Source of the DNA: Camelus dromedarius
Taxonomy: Eukaryota
Direction of reading: 5' to 3'
DNA length: 64,000 bases
Assembly: GCF_036321535.1 (NCBI RefSeq)
Contig: NC_087436.1
Span: 58,654,001 to 58,718,000 of the forward strand
Part shown: piece by piece, positions 1 to 12,640 of the stretch
Layout: each line of letters opens with the position of its first letter
How positions within the stretch are numbered: the stretch's first letter is position 1
Notes under the pieces: generated by a model
What the model saw: the letters and a program-made list of their open reading frames with translations, nothing else
Told to the model about the DNA's origin: nothing
Database searches by the model: none
Translations under genes and position numbers: made by a program

Positions 1-1204
1 ATTAACATACACAAGAAGCATATTTAAAATATTCTAGTAAAAGCAAGCTTTTCTTTTCCCTTTTTTTCTTTTCTGATGGCCCTTATCTCAACAAAGTGCA
101 TCATCCTGCCAAACATAAAAATGACTTGTAAATAATGCACTATGTCCTTCTTTTCCCACTTTGCATACTACTTTAATCACAATTACAGTTTTCTTTCAGT
201 TCCTTACTATTCCACACATGAGAGGGAAAGCAAAAGAACACACATTCAGAAAGAATATCTGTAGTATCTACTGGGTTAGAAGAAAACAAAATTTCAAGGA
301 AAAACACATTAAAACATATGATCTAAAACTTTCATTTTTTAAAAAGTGAAACTAAAACAGGTATAATATCATTTTTGTGAAATAACTAAATTAAATCCAT
401 TTGTTTTTGGTAAGTACAGAATGTTAGCCAAAAGTATTATGTAGTACCTATCTAAATTAACCTAAAGGTTTGGCCAAGGAATCACGGCTAACTAACCACT
501 CCTATATCTTAATGGGAAAAGAAAGTAAAACAGGATATATGTGAAGCATAGCTGGTTACTCTCTGGCATATGATCTATGCTAAAATGAGGGTCTGTGTGA
601 GTTTTTAGCAGTGGGGACCAGAGATTGAGAGGGCATTTAATCTCTACATAGAATTACAGGCAGGAATGTTGCTAAGCATGGACATTTTCTAGAAATAAAG
701 TGAACTGAAAACTTAGGTCAGCTTCAAGTACTTGTATAACACGCTGATAACCAACTGAAGACAAGTGAACAAATACTTAAAGATGTAAACATTGAGCTTA
801 TTAGTGACTTTTTATTAATCAATGATACAATGTGTTGCAAAAACAACAACAAAATAATAGCCATTGGTAAAGCACCAACAAAACTAGTGTTAATTTTTTT
901 TTAATGACAACTGAGTAGAAGAGATCATTTCGCTCTTTTTTTCACTCAAGTTGACAAAAAATCAAATGCAAGGCTACAACAGTATTACAGAATGTAGTAA
1001 GGAAATGCATGGGGAACCTTGCATCACACTGATTAGAACATCAGAGAGGGCTCTTATGAGAGTATCTGGCTTCTTGTTGGTAAATGAAGTATCAGAGGGA
1101 AAAAAGAGCATGGGATGCTTGGAATAGATACACGTTCAGTGAAAACTATTCCCTAGACACAGTAACAGAAGAAATGAGAACAGGTGTCAGACCCTATTAT
1201 TATT

Positions 1205-1390
1205 TATATTCTGTGGCTTAGTGAAGTTGGACAAATTACATAGTACCCCAAACTTCCTTTAATCTCATCAGCAAAACAGGAATGATGATAGTACCAGCAT
1301 TATTAGTGTTATTGTAACAATTTAATGAGATAATATCTATAAAGAGTTTGCAACAATGATTGGTATATTGTGAGTGCTTAATAATGCCAC
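1205..1390 (+). mobile_element. MIR SINE fragment
   Basis: MIR core/3' similarity: ctcatcagcaaaacaggaatgatgatagtacc...tttaatgagataatatctataaagagtttgcaacaatg...gagtgcttaataatg. Confidence 0.7.
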
Positions 1391-1739
1391 TCTAATTACT
1401 GGTTCTTATATATAATTATGAATTACAAGTTATATATTATTCTCATTATAGAGAATGGGATTTAGTCATTTTCACTACATCTTTCTGTTATCTTCCATAG
1501 TATTGCTGAAGTAGGTAATTAAGAAGACATGATGGTCAGGTGACCTGGGAGCTGGATCTGGGCAATTGGAGGCTCCCCACCCAATATTCCTATCCTTGGA
1601 ATCTCTGTGCCACTTGCCTCCACAACCCAGAGGCTTCTCCAACTTTGCACAATAATGTGCTATTGAGGTTATCTGGACTGGGTATGTGATAAACTCAGTT
1701 AAGGCCCCCATATACAAAACTGAACCCAGTTAGGGCATA

Positions 1740-2175
1740 CAGACGTACTTCATTTTATTGCACTTCACTCTACTGCACTTTGTAGGTATTGTGTGTTTTT
1801 AACAAATTGAAAGTCTGTGGCAACCCTGAGTTGAACAAGTCTACAGTGCCATTTTTTCAACAGCATCTGTTCACATGATTGTCTCTGTGTCACATTTTCA
1901 TAATTCTCATAATATTTCAAATTTTCACTATTATTCCATTTATTATGGTGGTCTGTGTTCAGTGATCTTTGATGTTACTATTGCAAAAAGATTATGACTC
2001 ATTGAAGACTCAGAAGATGGTGTCTTTTAGCAAGAATGTACTTTTTTGATTAATGTATATACATTGTTTTTTAAACATAATACTATTGAACACTTAATAG
2101 ACTAAGTGTAGTGTAAACATGACTTTTATATGAATCAGAAAATAAAAAAAAAATTGATGTGACTCACTTTGTTGC
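1740..2175 (+). mobile_element. TcMar-Tigger1 internal-deletion derivative (Tigger1a_Art-like MITE)
   Basis: Starts TA|CAGACGTACTTCATTTTATTGCACTTC, which resembles the Tigger1 5' TIR. It follows the Tigger1 5' end to ...GATGTTACTATTG, then joins directly at ~1984 to the Tigger1 3' end (CAAAAAGATTATGACTCATTGAAGACTCAG...). The 3' TIR is missing. Confidence 0.85.
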
Positions 2176-3284
2176 CTCCCAAGATGTTTGAGAAGCAACA
2201 AGTGTTCTCTGGGTATTTTCACAGAGAAAAGGCAGGACTAAGGGAACTCGATCTATTCATTGTTTATGATAGTGGTGCCGAAGGTGGTCAAACTAGTCCA
2301 ATGATCCCTGTATACTCAATAGAAGCATTTCAAGTATATTTATTTTGAATAATGGTAACTCTACATGTACAAGTCCTTTTTCATTAAAGTACTTAGTAAA
2401 ATTAAATTGTGGGCTTTACATTCAGGGTTCTATACAAATTGTGCTGATTTGGCCTCAAATGTCCATATACTTTACTGACCTTTAATCAGTTATAAACCTG
2501 TGGAGCTAGCTCTATTGATTAAAATCACATTAATAGGTCAATTCTGGAAGGCAAGTCTACTTTAACTGAAGAAAAGAACAATTAGTAAATCAGTACCACT
2601 ATGTAAAACTGCCAAGAGAATTAAATGCTCACCAAATCACTGTGAGTTCTCTTTCCCTTTATTTTCTCATCAAAATATAATTTTTCCTCACAGAATTTTT
2701 TACATAAGCATGGGAAATACAAAATAAACATTTTAGTACATTAAATATTAGATTTAGGAAATGAATGGATGATAATTTTAAAATAAAATTAGAAAGTAAT
2801 TAAGTAATTGATTATTATAGGGTAGACATTAAAAATCAAAAAATAATATGAGTTGAAGAGATTATGACTTTAAAGATATTAAACACATAAAGTTAGATGG
2901 ATCTGAAAGAAGAGTTAAAGAAGGTTATATCTCAGAATGGATCCAGACAGCAGAAAGATTATGAGCTTATAAACAAGAAAACTACTTTATAAAAGTTCTG
3001 AAGCAAAGAAGAAAAAGGATTTTAAAAAATCCATAAAATTGTTTAAAGTGTTTTATCATATTAAACAAATAGCAAATCTCTTTGAGTTTGAAAATGAGAA
3101 TATAAATAACTCATATTTTCATAGACCATTTTCCTCTTTACTTGACATAATTATAAAAATCAATTAACTCTAGCCTCAAGATATTTGGCAAATGTGCACA
3201 AAACAGACAAATAAAATGTACAATTAGTTAAAACTATTATATTTATGAAGTTTTGAGAGAAGGCAGAAAACAACAGGGTAAGAA

Positions 3285-3455
3285 AACTAACATTTCTGGA
3301 AAACTCATTCTATGCCAGTCTTGGTTTTTTTTTCCAACTTGTCTTATTTACTTAATTTACTTTTCATTTGTCCCTTCAAGATAGGTGGTAATATCTACAT
3401 TTTATATATGAAAACACTAAGGTTGAAAACATTGAAATAAACTGTCCAAGAGTGA
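3285..3455 (-). mobile_element. MIR SINE fragment
   Basis: atctacattttatatatgaaaacactaaggttgaaaacattgaaataaactgtccaag resembles the reverse MIR core. Confidence 0.55.
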
Positions 3456-3682
3456 TGAAAAACCAAGTGAATTAAATCTATGCAGTGACATGTTTTAATA
3501 GAGACAGAACTAACATTTGTAAATCTTAGAAGAAACAAGTTCCAACCTCCTGAGTTTGGGGAGAGAAAGAGGGAGATGGAAAGAGAGAAAGTGAGGAAGA
3601 GTGGAGTCAGTAATCAGAGGAACAGGGTTTGGATGTGGGCTAGACTCTGCTGGGCTCTAAACTCTGGGAGAATTCCTAGAAG

Positions 3683-3685
<3 letters not shown>

Positions 3686-3725
<40 letters not shown>
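3686..3725. repeat. (AC)20 microsatellite
   Basis: Perfect dinucleotide run. Confidence 0.97.
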
Positions 3726-3727
<2 letters not shown>

Positions 3728-4015
3728 CCTGCCCCTTGTGGGAATAGTTCTCCAATTGGGTTAGCTACCTCTCACATTATATTAGCAGGCTTCAAAGGAA
3801 TTAATTACAGTACTCTACAACAATATAGTAGAGCACAGGTAAAATGTACCCTAAGATAATGAAAACAATTATCCAGTTCTACATAATTGGGCTATTTGTA
3901 TCTCCTGGCCAATAGCCTACATTAATACTTCTTTGATGATGTGAATATAATTACTTTTTTTAGTAAAAATTATGCTTAATAGACTACTCAAAAATGTGTA
4001 TCTATGCAGCATTCA

Positions 4016-4112
4016 ACTCACTTAACCTCTCAATTTGCTCATCAGCAAAAGGAGGACTCTGGACTATAGACAATTTCTAATATTCCTCCCAACTGTGAAA
4101 GTCTATGATTAC
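4016..4112 (+). mobile_element. MIR3-like SINE fragment
   Basis: cacttaacctctcaatttgctcatcagcaaaa...ggactatagacaatttctaatattcctcccaactgtgaaagtctatgatt resembles the MIR3 3' end. Confidence 0.55.
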
Positions 4113-5739
4113 ATAATTTCTACAGTGAAGATGACCTAAGGGACAGGGTCAGCGGAAGCCTAAAAACTGCCACGGAAAAGAAAGGAGGAAGGTCGCAGTC
4201 TTCTTCAGAGTACTTAGGAGGATGCACTCAAATCCAGTTGCATATTTGGAAAACATACAAAGTAATAACCAGGGTGCGAAAGTTAAGAAAAGGAGATAAG
4301 GCTTTTAATATGAACTAGGCTACCAAGAGCAAGAGTGTGAAGGTAAGAGGCCAATGCAGGGCATCACATGATCATCTCTTGAGGAAAAACCAGACTTTGA
4401 AACAGAGAGAAAGGAAAGGAAGGTTAAGAGACTCTAATGACATTTACACCAAATTGAAAGGCATACTTCTAAGACAGAAGTTTGTAGAGGTTAAAGCAAT
4501 TAGATAATACAGTAGTTATAGTATATTTAATTTTACCCACAGACCAATATTTCATGCTTATCCCCTATAAGAAAAAAGTTTTTTAATATCCACCTTTGAA
4601 ACTTTAACTGTTAAGGCTACCCTCCTCTTATCTGGAACATTTCCTCTATTATATATCTCTGTAAAAAATAAAAATTGCCTAGAACTTGCTTAGTTGATTA
4701 TTTCTCCTTTTAGGATGCAAAAATGAAGCAAATTTTAATGTTTGTAATCTTTATAATCTGCTGTAAATTGTCTTTATATTTCTTAGAAGAATCCTCTCCA
4801 TGTGAAAATACACATCCTTTATTTAGTTCCAGAGATACAGCATCTGAGGTTAGGTGCAAATTGATGTAATTACCAATATTCAGTATAGTTCTGCTAGGAG
4901 TAGCAGTCAAACAGTAGATAGGGAGAATGGATGTGAAAGAATAAAGGGAGTGATTACAAATACTAACATCTGATTATTTTAAAAATCAGTTAAATATGTT
5001 TGTCCGAACAAAGACAACCTATAGTTAGCCATTTTTCCTCTTTACTGCTGCCTGTGAAGAAAAGTGCTCTAAGTAATTAAAAATAAAACAAGAACAAAAC
5101 CTCAGTCTGTTTATTCAATCAGCATAAAAGACCTAGATAAATGGAACAACCTGTTGCTAAGACAGAATCACTGCCTACTTAAAGATGATACACCTAGGGG
5201 AGTCTGAGGCTGGGCCAAACTACAAGCTAATCACGTGCCTGCAGTTTAGGCTTTGAAATGAGTGCTTCCTTGTCCCTGTTTGGCTCCATTCAGCCCTTTC
5301 ATTTTCAAAAGAGTTCTGGTTTGGACAGTAAATTGTAAGATTACCTTATTCCAAATCCAAGAGTGTGACCACACAGAGCAAAGCTAAATACCAGTACCAA
5401 CAATAACAAGTAACATTTTAGCCAACTATTTCACATAATGTGAGAGTGAAGTATCATCCTTGAAGGGCTACTTAACCTTAAACTTACTTATTGTAATAAA
5501 GACTTTCAACTTTCCTTTATATGTTGTAAAAAAGGATAGTTGTAAATCTGAATTAATGTTTCAGCAACAGAAGACAAAGAGAGAACCCTATCTAATGTTA
5601 GGCATGGCATCTGCTTTCTAAAGCACAACCCACACCCAGGATCTTAACTGGCAGTGTATTTAAATTGCAAGTTCAACCTCCTGCAGTATGAATACTATTT
5701 GCAGAGTCCAAAGGCCATATTTTGAATGTTGTAACTGCT

Positions 5740-5912
5740 TACCCTTATAACAGATGAAGTGGAGAGGAAGCAGGAGTAAATTTAAGACTTTCAAAGTCTC
5801 CTTACTTATCCAAAGACTTCACAGCCATGAAGTGGCAAGCTGACCAAGGCAAGATTTGAATATATAACTGTGACATCAAATTGGGTGCTTCTATTTTGAG
5901 TACTACATAGCA
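5740..5912 (-). mobile_element. MIR SINE fragment
   Basis: cccttataacagatgaagtggagagg...gtggcaagctgaccaaggcaagatttgaa resembles reverse MIR. Confidence 0.45.
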
Positions 5913-7429
5913 TTCTGACTGTCTAAGAAACAAAATTTACCAATCATCACGAATTTTTACTAACTCAACTCATGCAGGTTATCCTCGACAAATTCTAAAT
6001 TTCTTATCCCTTAATGTACTCTAAAATTAACTAGAGAGACTGAGAGCAAGACTGCGAAATATCAGAAGACTTCCTCACCACTGGAGCACTCAATTTTCCA
6101 TCCTTGGCTCTCACACAATGGATCAACTTAATTAAGAACAAAAAAGAGCAAGATGGCAAAATTAAGTTCTAATAATATCACACTCAAGCTGTTTTTACTG
6201 GATTAAGCATTGGCAGTATATATTATAAAAACAGGCTGAAAAATGAGATTCTAAACAAAGACACACAGAGGCAGAAAGAAGACACTGATTTGGATCTACT
6301 CCATTTCACTCCTCAGTTCAAAAAGTGTTTTTACACACATGCAGACACATTGCCTCTGCTTTCACATTCTTCTGACTGCAGACCCATGTTTTCAAACATT
6401 TCTTATTTGATAGCACAGATCCTTAACTATGAAGCACAGTCTTCTGAGACACTTAAAAAATGAGGCTTAAAGTCCCAAAAAGATCCCTTTAGTCCCATTT
6501 CAGTCCCATTTATTTCTGCCATTCTAAGAAAACAATTTTCCTTGCTGTCAGCTAATTATGTTGCAGAAAACATGTAACTAAAAATACACAATTCTATGAA
6601 AATATTTTACCTTTCCATGTAATTCTATTAATTTACATTAGGGGATTCTACTTGCAATATGAAACTAGAAAAGCAATCATGCACAAGAAATTTAAAATAT
6701 CATATTTTTATTTCACATTTGATAACCTAACATTTTGTCAAAGATTATTCCACTTTAAAATTGTTTTGACTGGAAATGGATATCAAGTCAATTAACAGCA
6801 TTAATACTGATCTCAGACTGATTAAAAATCTGTTTGCTCGTATTAAAAAACGAGAAGTAGTTTAAAAAGTCAGTAATATTATTTAGAATTCGTAATTCTG
6901 CACTGATAAATTGGTAGACACAGAAACTAAAAAGAAGGCTCTTGTAGAACTAATATTTTCTGAATATAAGTAGCTGAAAAATACTATAAACAATTCACAT
7001 TTTAAATAGGAAATGACACTATTAGCATTAGATCTAAGGGAAAAGTTTAAAAAGAATGACCAGGAAAAGTTACATTTTTAAAATCAAAGCACGATTGATC
7101 ACTATGGAGAATGACCCATTTTTCCTCCATTTGAGGCAGGAAGGAGGTATGTATTAGGAAGCTGCTGACTGGGTTATAGAACACTTCACAATCATGCCAA
7201 AATAATTGAGAGTTCAATCCAAACTCAGTTCCTCTCCTCCTTCTCAGTTTCCTATGGTGGTGAAGAGTATGTGCCTCCTCCACTGAGTCACTCAAGAATG
7301 ATGTTAGACTTTCTTCTTTTATTCACACTTCTAAAGAATGACTGAGTTGATAGATTCAAGCTCCTCAGTCTCCCCCGTAAGGAGATTCTCCTCTTCAGTC
7401 ACTTCTGCAGTTACTCAGCACAGTCCTCC

Positions 7430-7720
7430 ACCAAACACAGCTGGAATACTGCCAGGGTCTTCTAACTGGTCTCCATCTATTGCAATGTCACTCTCAAAAT
7501 CTTCTAACACAAAGCTGGGCATCTCTTAGCCTACATTATTTACAGAATTCCCTTTGGACCTCACAGGGATCAGATCTTCTTAACTTCTAGCCTCCTCTCT
7601 TGCCATATCCCTCATTCTACCTTAATGTTTCTTCCAAACAGAATTACTTGCCATTTCCCTCTTTTGCCAGACCATAACTCATGGCTTTGGCCATAGCATA
7701 TCCCTGCTGCTTTCTCATGA
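7430..7720 (+). mobile_element. L2 LINE fragment (highly diverged)
   Basis: Pyrimidine-rich sequence resembling the L2 3' region (...cagaattacttgccatttccc...catggctttggccatagc...). Confidence 0.4.
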
Positions 7721-10700
7721 CAATAGTAAACAAACTTTGTTTTTCCATGAGGGCCAGTTTATAAAACAGGATAACTTATAGAGGTCATCTTTTTTCATTC
7801 ACACTGAAAATATTTATCTCGTTTGTATATATATTTATATATATTAATGAGCACTATATATATGTGTGTGAAATATATATATACATATTGCCATGTGCTT
7901 CACAGTTTCTTTTTAAAAATGCAATATTCAAATTCTTCCTTATGGTCTGTAATACAGCATCAGCTAGAAACCAACTGGGAATATACAATGTAGATGCTCA
8001 GTACGCAATGTATATTGATAGGAATGTCAATCCAGCACATTTTTTACACAGTTTACGAAGTATAGCCGAAATCCATATATTTTCTTTAAAAGAATCACCA
8101 TAGACTTGACACATGGAACTGAGCTGATCACGGGGGTCCTGGCTGTCAGCAGCATTGCCCCTAAAGGGCACTCTTTTCCCAATAATAACGTTCTTCATTT
8201 TGCTCCCAGACTGTCACTCAGAGTATTCCTCTTCGGTGGCCTGGAAGCATCACTCCTCTTACAAGCTCAGCAGCCAAGAGCAAGTTCTATCTTCAGAATC
8301 TGGGCAATATTTTGAGAAAATAAAACTATTTCTTCTTGGCAAGTCTGTGCATATGAGTATTCAGGGGCTGATTTTCCGGTTAATGGATTATCTAAAATCC
8401 TTTGCTCCTTCTTCCTTGCTTTTGGCCATTTCACTGCTCATTAGCATTGCCACTGAAGGGTAGACAGGAAAAATAAAAAGAAAGAATCAAGAGCAACCAG
8501 TTTTGTTATTTATTAACTGCTTATCAACCACAATAAGAATTCTTGAGGAGAAGAATAGAAGTTTTGGCCAGTTAGTTTTTGAACTGTTATTTTCAATTTT
8601 CAATGTTTGTCCTATTCTCAATTACACCTACATAATTAAAAGTTGGCATAAATGTGTTTTCCCAACACTACTTATTCCATTTGTAAAGTTTACTAATTTT
8701 ACTTTTTCTGTGAGGCTATTTTCTTCTTTTGTTTGCTACAGTATAAAACTGTCATTTTCACTGATTTTTTTGTTCACATCTAGAACAAAGAACAGGTTAG
8801 TATTATGAAACAGTAGTATACTAATAACTTCAAAACTAAGAGGAAAAAAAAGTAAATGTAAGTTAATTTCCCCCTTCCCAAGAAACCACACTTAGTGGAA
8901 TGATCTGATATGCGGCATTAAATTTAGAAAGGATCTCATTAGTTTTATTAATAACAGGATAACTGGATCATAAAGCCCACCTCCTCCTTTACTTGACCTA
9001 ATAGCAAAACTAGTGACATCCAGAGGAAACAAAAAAAGAGGAAAGCGGCAAACGGTAGAGACTATTCTTTACCTCTGACTACTGCATGAATGTATTGTCT
9101 TTGTAGCCTATAAGAAAACAAGCTTAATGTTTAGCAACCACCACTGAAGCTGAGTAAAGAGATTTCCATTATACATGAAGACCTCACTGCACGTAGTAAT
9201 CTCCTTACCCCTTTTATAACTTTCTTCTGAAATATATGTTTGCTTTATGGCACCTTAAGGGCACCATAAAGGTTGTATTTATTGTAGTATCACATTCTCT
9301 AGTATGATAATAGACCACAGTCACCCTACTTTGAGTCCTGAATTGCTCTACCTTCAGCTTTCTAATATACAATACTATCTCAGAAGGCAGATACACCTTA
9401 ACATTCTTAAAGGATGGGAAAAATGTCTTATAAGAATACTTCAGTATTCAAATGAGTACATAATAGGTGTTCAGTAAGCACTGAATCAAAAACAAAATCA
9501 CATGTTATGGCTTTCGTGTAACCTTTTAAAAGTATGTTTTCTGAAATTGGAATATGAGGATGTAACTCATGATTTCTCAGCTTGAAAATAATGAATTATA
9601 AAAAATGTCCAAAACCCACCATGACTACACCACCAGGAATCAGAAGAATAATCCCTTTCAAATCTGTGCATGAGCCACCACCCACACCAATGAAGTGTTC
9701 AATTTTTTAAAATAATCTTGTTAAGAAGAAATTTATAATGGTTTTCACAAAGGCCATGCCTCCTTTGAGAGTTGCTGGTATTTCTAAAAATAAAATTCAC
9801 TAGTTTTGTGTTATCACCATTCAAAGAAGCAGCAAGAAGAAATCCAGATACTGAAGAGCAAGATAGTAATTGCCACTACACCACTAACACAATTTTAGCT
9901 GTTGTCAGATTGTGGAAATTATCAGAAGGCTCAGTCTTCCAGATTTTAATTAACCATGAACTACATGCAACAGAACAATAGGACTGACTCTCTTGTCCCA
10001 CATTAGCTCCAAAGGTACTACCTGGTCTTCGGTTTTTAAGATAATAAGCCTATCTAAAATGTGCTGCTGGTGGGGCTTGTCATTTTAATGATGTTGCGAT
10101 TAAGTATACTAAACATCTGACCAATTTTAGGTGCCTATTCCAACTTAAACTTAGATTTAAATCTGCTAAGCATTTCCTTCATAAGATTACATTTCACCAT
10201 CCCAGGAAGTTATGAACTAGCAAGTTTTAAATATTTTTTGATGCCATACTTCATTAATTATGTTCCTCAGCTCCATTCATAACACAGCTTGCTTTCTTTA
10301 TCAGTCATCAATGCACCCAAACCACAGGATTCCTATCCCCTCACTGTTCATGTATTCTTCATTTTCAGAAGGCTGAATTGGGGTTAGAAAATTTGGGACA
10401 CTTTCTTTTTTCATTTTCACCTATGACTAAAGATCTGTCAGCTATGGTATAGCACAAATAGAAGTAAAAGTTCCATAAAAGGAAATATTTAAATGGGATA
10501 CTGAAAATTAATATCATATGAATTTATTTTATCTATTTAAGTTCTATGTGGCAGTATGTACTGCCTTGTGAAACAACTATATTCTTTTTTAATTGTTCCA
10601 AAATGAATTTTTAAGTAAATTAGATGCATAATAGAATTTACTTAGAGGACACCTATATTCAATTCAAATGTGTCTATTGTAAAGAGGATTTTATGCTATT

Positions 10701-11169
10701 TAATGCCACTTACATATGAATACCATGTGTTCCTAAAATTAGCATATTGAAAGACTAAATGTTGATTCTATTTGTAATGCTATATCAATATCCATAAGGT
10801 ATAATCTACTCATAATTTCAGGTAAGAAAGTTTTATCTAAATCTAAGTGCTAATCTGGGAAACTAAATGAAGCAAAATTGCAAAACAACTAATAGAGTCT
10901 GTTTCAGAGAGAACATATAAGCTTCTCTGGCTAATTCCACTGTCATTGGCCCAGTATCACTTGATCTGAGATTATAAAACAAAAAAAACAACAACCAAAA
11001 CACAAAACAAAAACAGTGTTATCTGAACATTTGCTATCCAAATGAATAAAAAGATTTGAATAAAAAGGGATATTTTAAATCCTCTTATTGAAAATTGTCT
11101 TATGATTGTGCCTTTAAAAAATTACCAAATTTTATCTCAAATACTAAATATATTTAAATTACCAAATAT

Positions 11170-12640
11170 ATATCCCAACTCCCACCTTTAAAAACAAACC
11201 CCTCACTTTACTTCTTATTCCCAACCCCATCACACCCTTGTTCTCCCTTAAAGCCAAACTCATAGAGTTTCTTAAGTCCCATTAAAGTTTTCAATCCTTA
11301 CCAATCAGTACTTTGTCACTTCAGTACCCTGAAAGCAATTTTGTCAGTCATTTTGGTCCTCAACATTTCCAAACCCAATAGTCAAGTCTCAACTGTCATC
11401 CATAAAATTTGACGGGGTTTCCTCCTTGAAATACTTGGCTTCCAGAACAGCACACACACACACACTCCTGGACTTCTTTCTAATTCACAGGGCACACACA
11501 TCTTTCTCTTTTCCTGGATCCTCTCCTCTCTCCTCGACCTCTACCTTTTGGAATGTCCCGTGGTATAGACTTGGACCTCTTCTCTTTGTACAGTTACTCC
11601 TTAAGTGTGCTATCCCCTCCCATTATTTTAAAAATCATATCTATATTGATGAATTCCAAACATACGTACAGCTCAAATTCCTAACTTCCACTGAATTTGA
11701 TTCATATAATCAACCAACAACCTAAATCCCCAAATGATGTCTTATAGGAATATCAAATTTAATAAATGCAAATTTTTATTTTTATCTAAAACTTGCTCAT
11801 TGCCCCCAAGTTCCCAATTTTAATCACCCACTTGCTCAGATAAAAAACCTTGGAAGCCTCCTTACTTCCTCTGGATTTCTCCCAGAAAAACAATCCATTA
11901 GAAATTCTGTTTCTTTTATCTTCAAAAGATATTCTCAATCTTACAACTACTCATCTTGCTCAGCTAACAATTACTGGAATAGTTCAATTCACTACTGTCA
12001 AACTAATCTTTATATTTCTAATCCAACCAGTCTATTCAAGCTGAGACGATTATCTTTCTAAAATACTAAGTATTACGTATCACGTGTTTGATCTCAACCC
12101 TCCAGTGGGCATCCGATATACCTACAAGGTCTAAATACCGTCCTATGACCTGTAAGTCTCCATAGCATCTTCCCTAGTTGCCTCTCAGACCTTATTTCTT
12201 TCTACTTCCTGCTTTGCTCACTGAACTTCACATTTGCTCCACACTGACTTTTAAGATGTTCCTTAAATTAATTAAGCAGATTCCTTGGTATCTTATTTCA
12301 TGGCCATTGCCTTTGCTATGCCCTCTGGCTGTAATCTTTTGTTTTCAGATATCCACATGGCTAATTTCCTCTCCTTGAATCAGGTCTTTGCTCCAATGAT
12401 CATCTCCTCAGGGAAGTGTTACCAGATCATCCTATTCAAAATAGGGTACCTTTCCTTCATTTTTCTTCAAAGCAGTTATCAGTACTTGACATCATAATAT
12501 GTATTTTCTCATTTACCTCGTTGTCTCCTCAACAAGAATGTAAATACTTAAATACAAGAACATAGCTTACTTTTTTGACATTTTAATTCCAGGAAAGAAA
12601 AGTTCATAAGAGTATGTTCAGAATAATGTATTGAATGATA
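11170..12640 (+). mobile_element. L2 LINE 3' half with decayed reverse-transcriptase remnant
   Basis: ORF 11426-11725 contains NVPWYRLGPLLF...HIYIDEFQTY, a decayed form of the L2/CR1 RT motifs GVPQGSVLGPLLF and YADD. Typical L2 3' sequence follows, ending ...aataatgtattgaatga. Confidence 0.85.

Noticed and set aside
7824..7886. Imperfect (TA)n region with cruciform potential
   Set aside because: Short, interrupted low-complexity AT tract that is common in such introns.
7998..8463. Cluster of short ORFs suggesting a processed pseudogene
   Set aside because: No recognisable protein, poly(A) tail or TSD. Only the splice-site hypothesis is retained.
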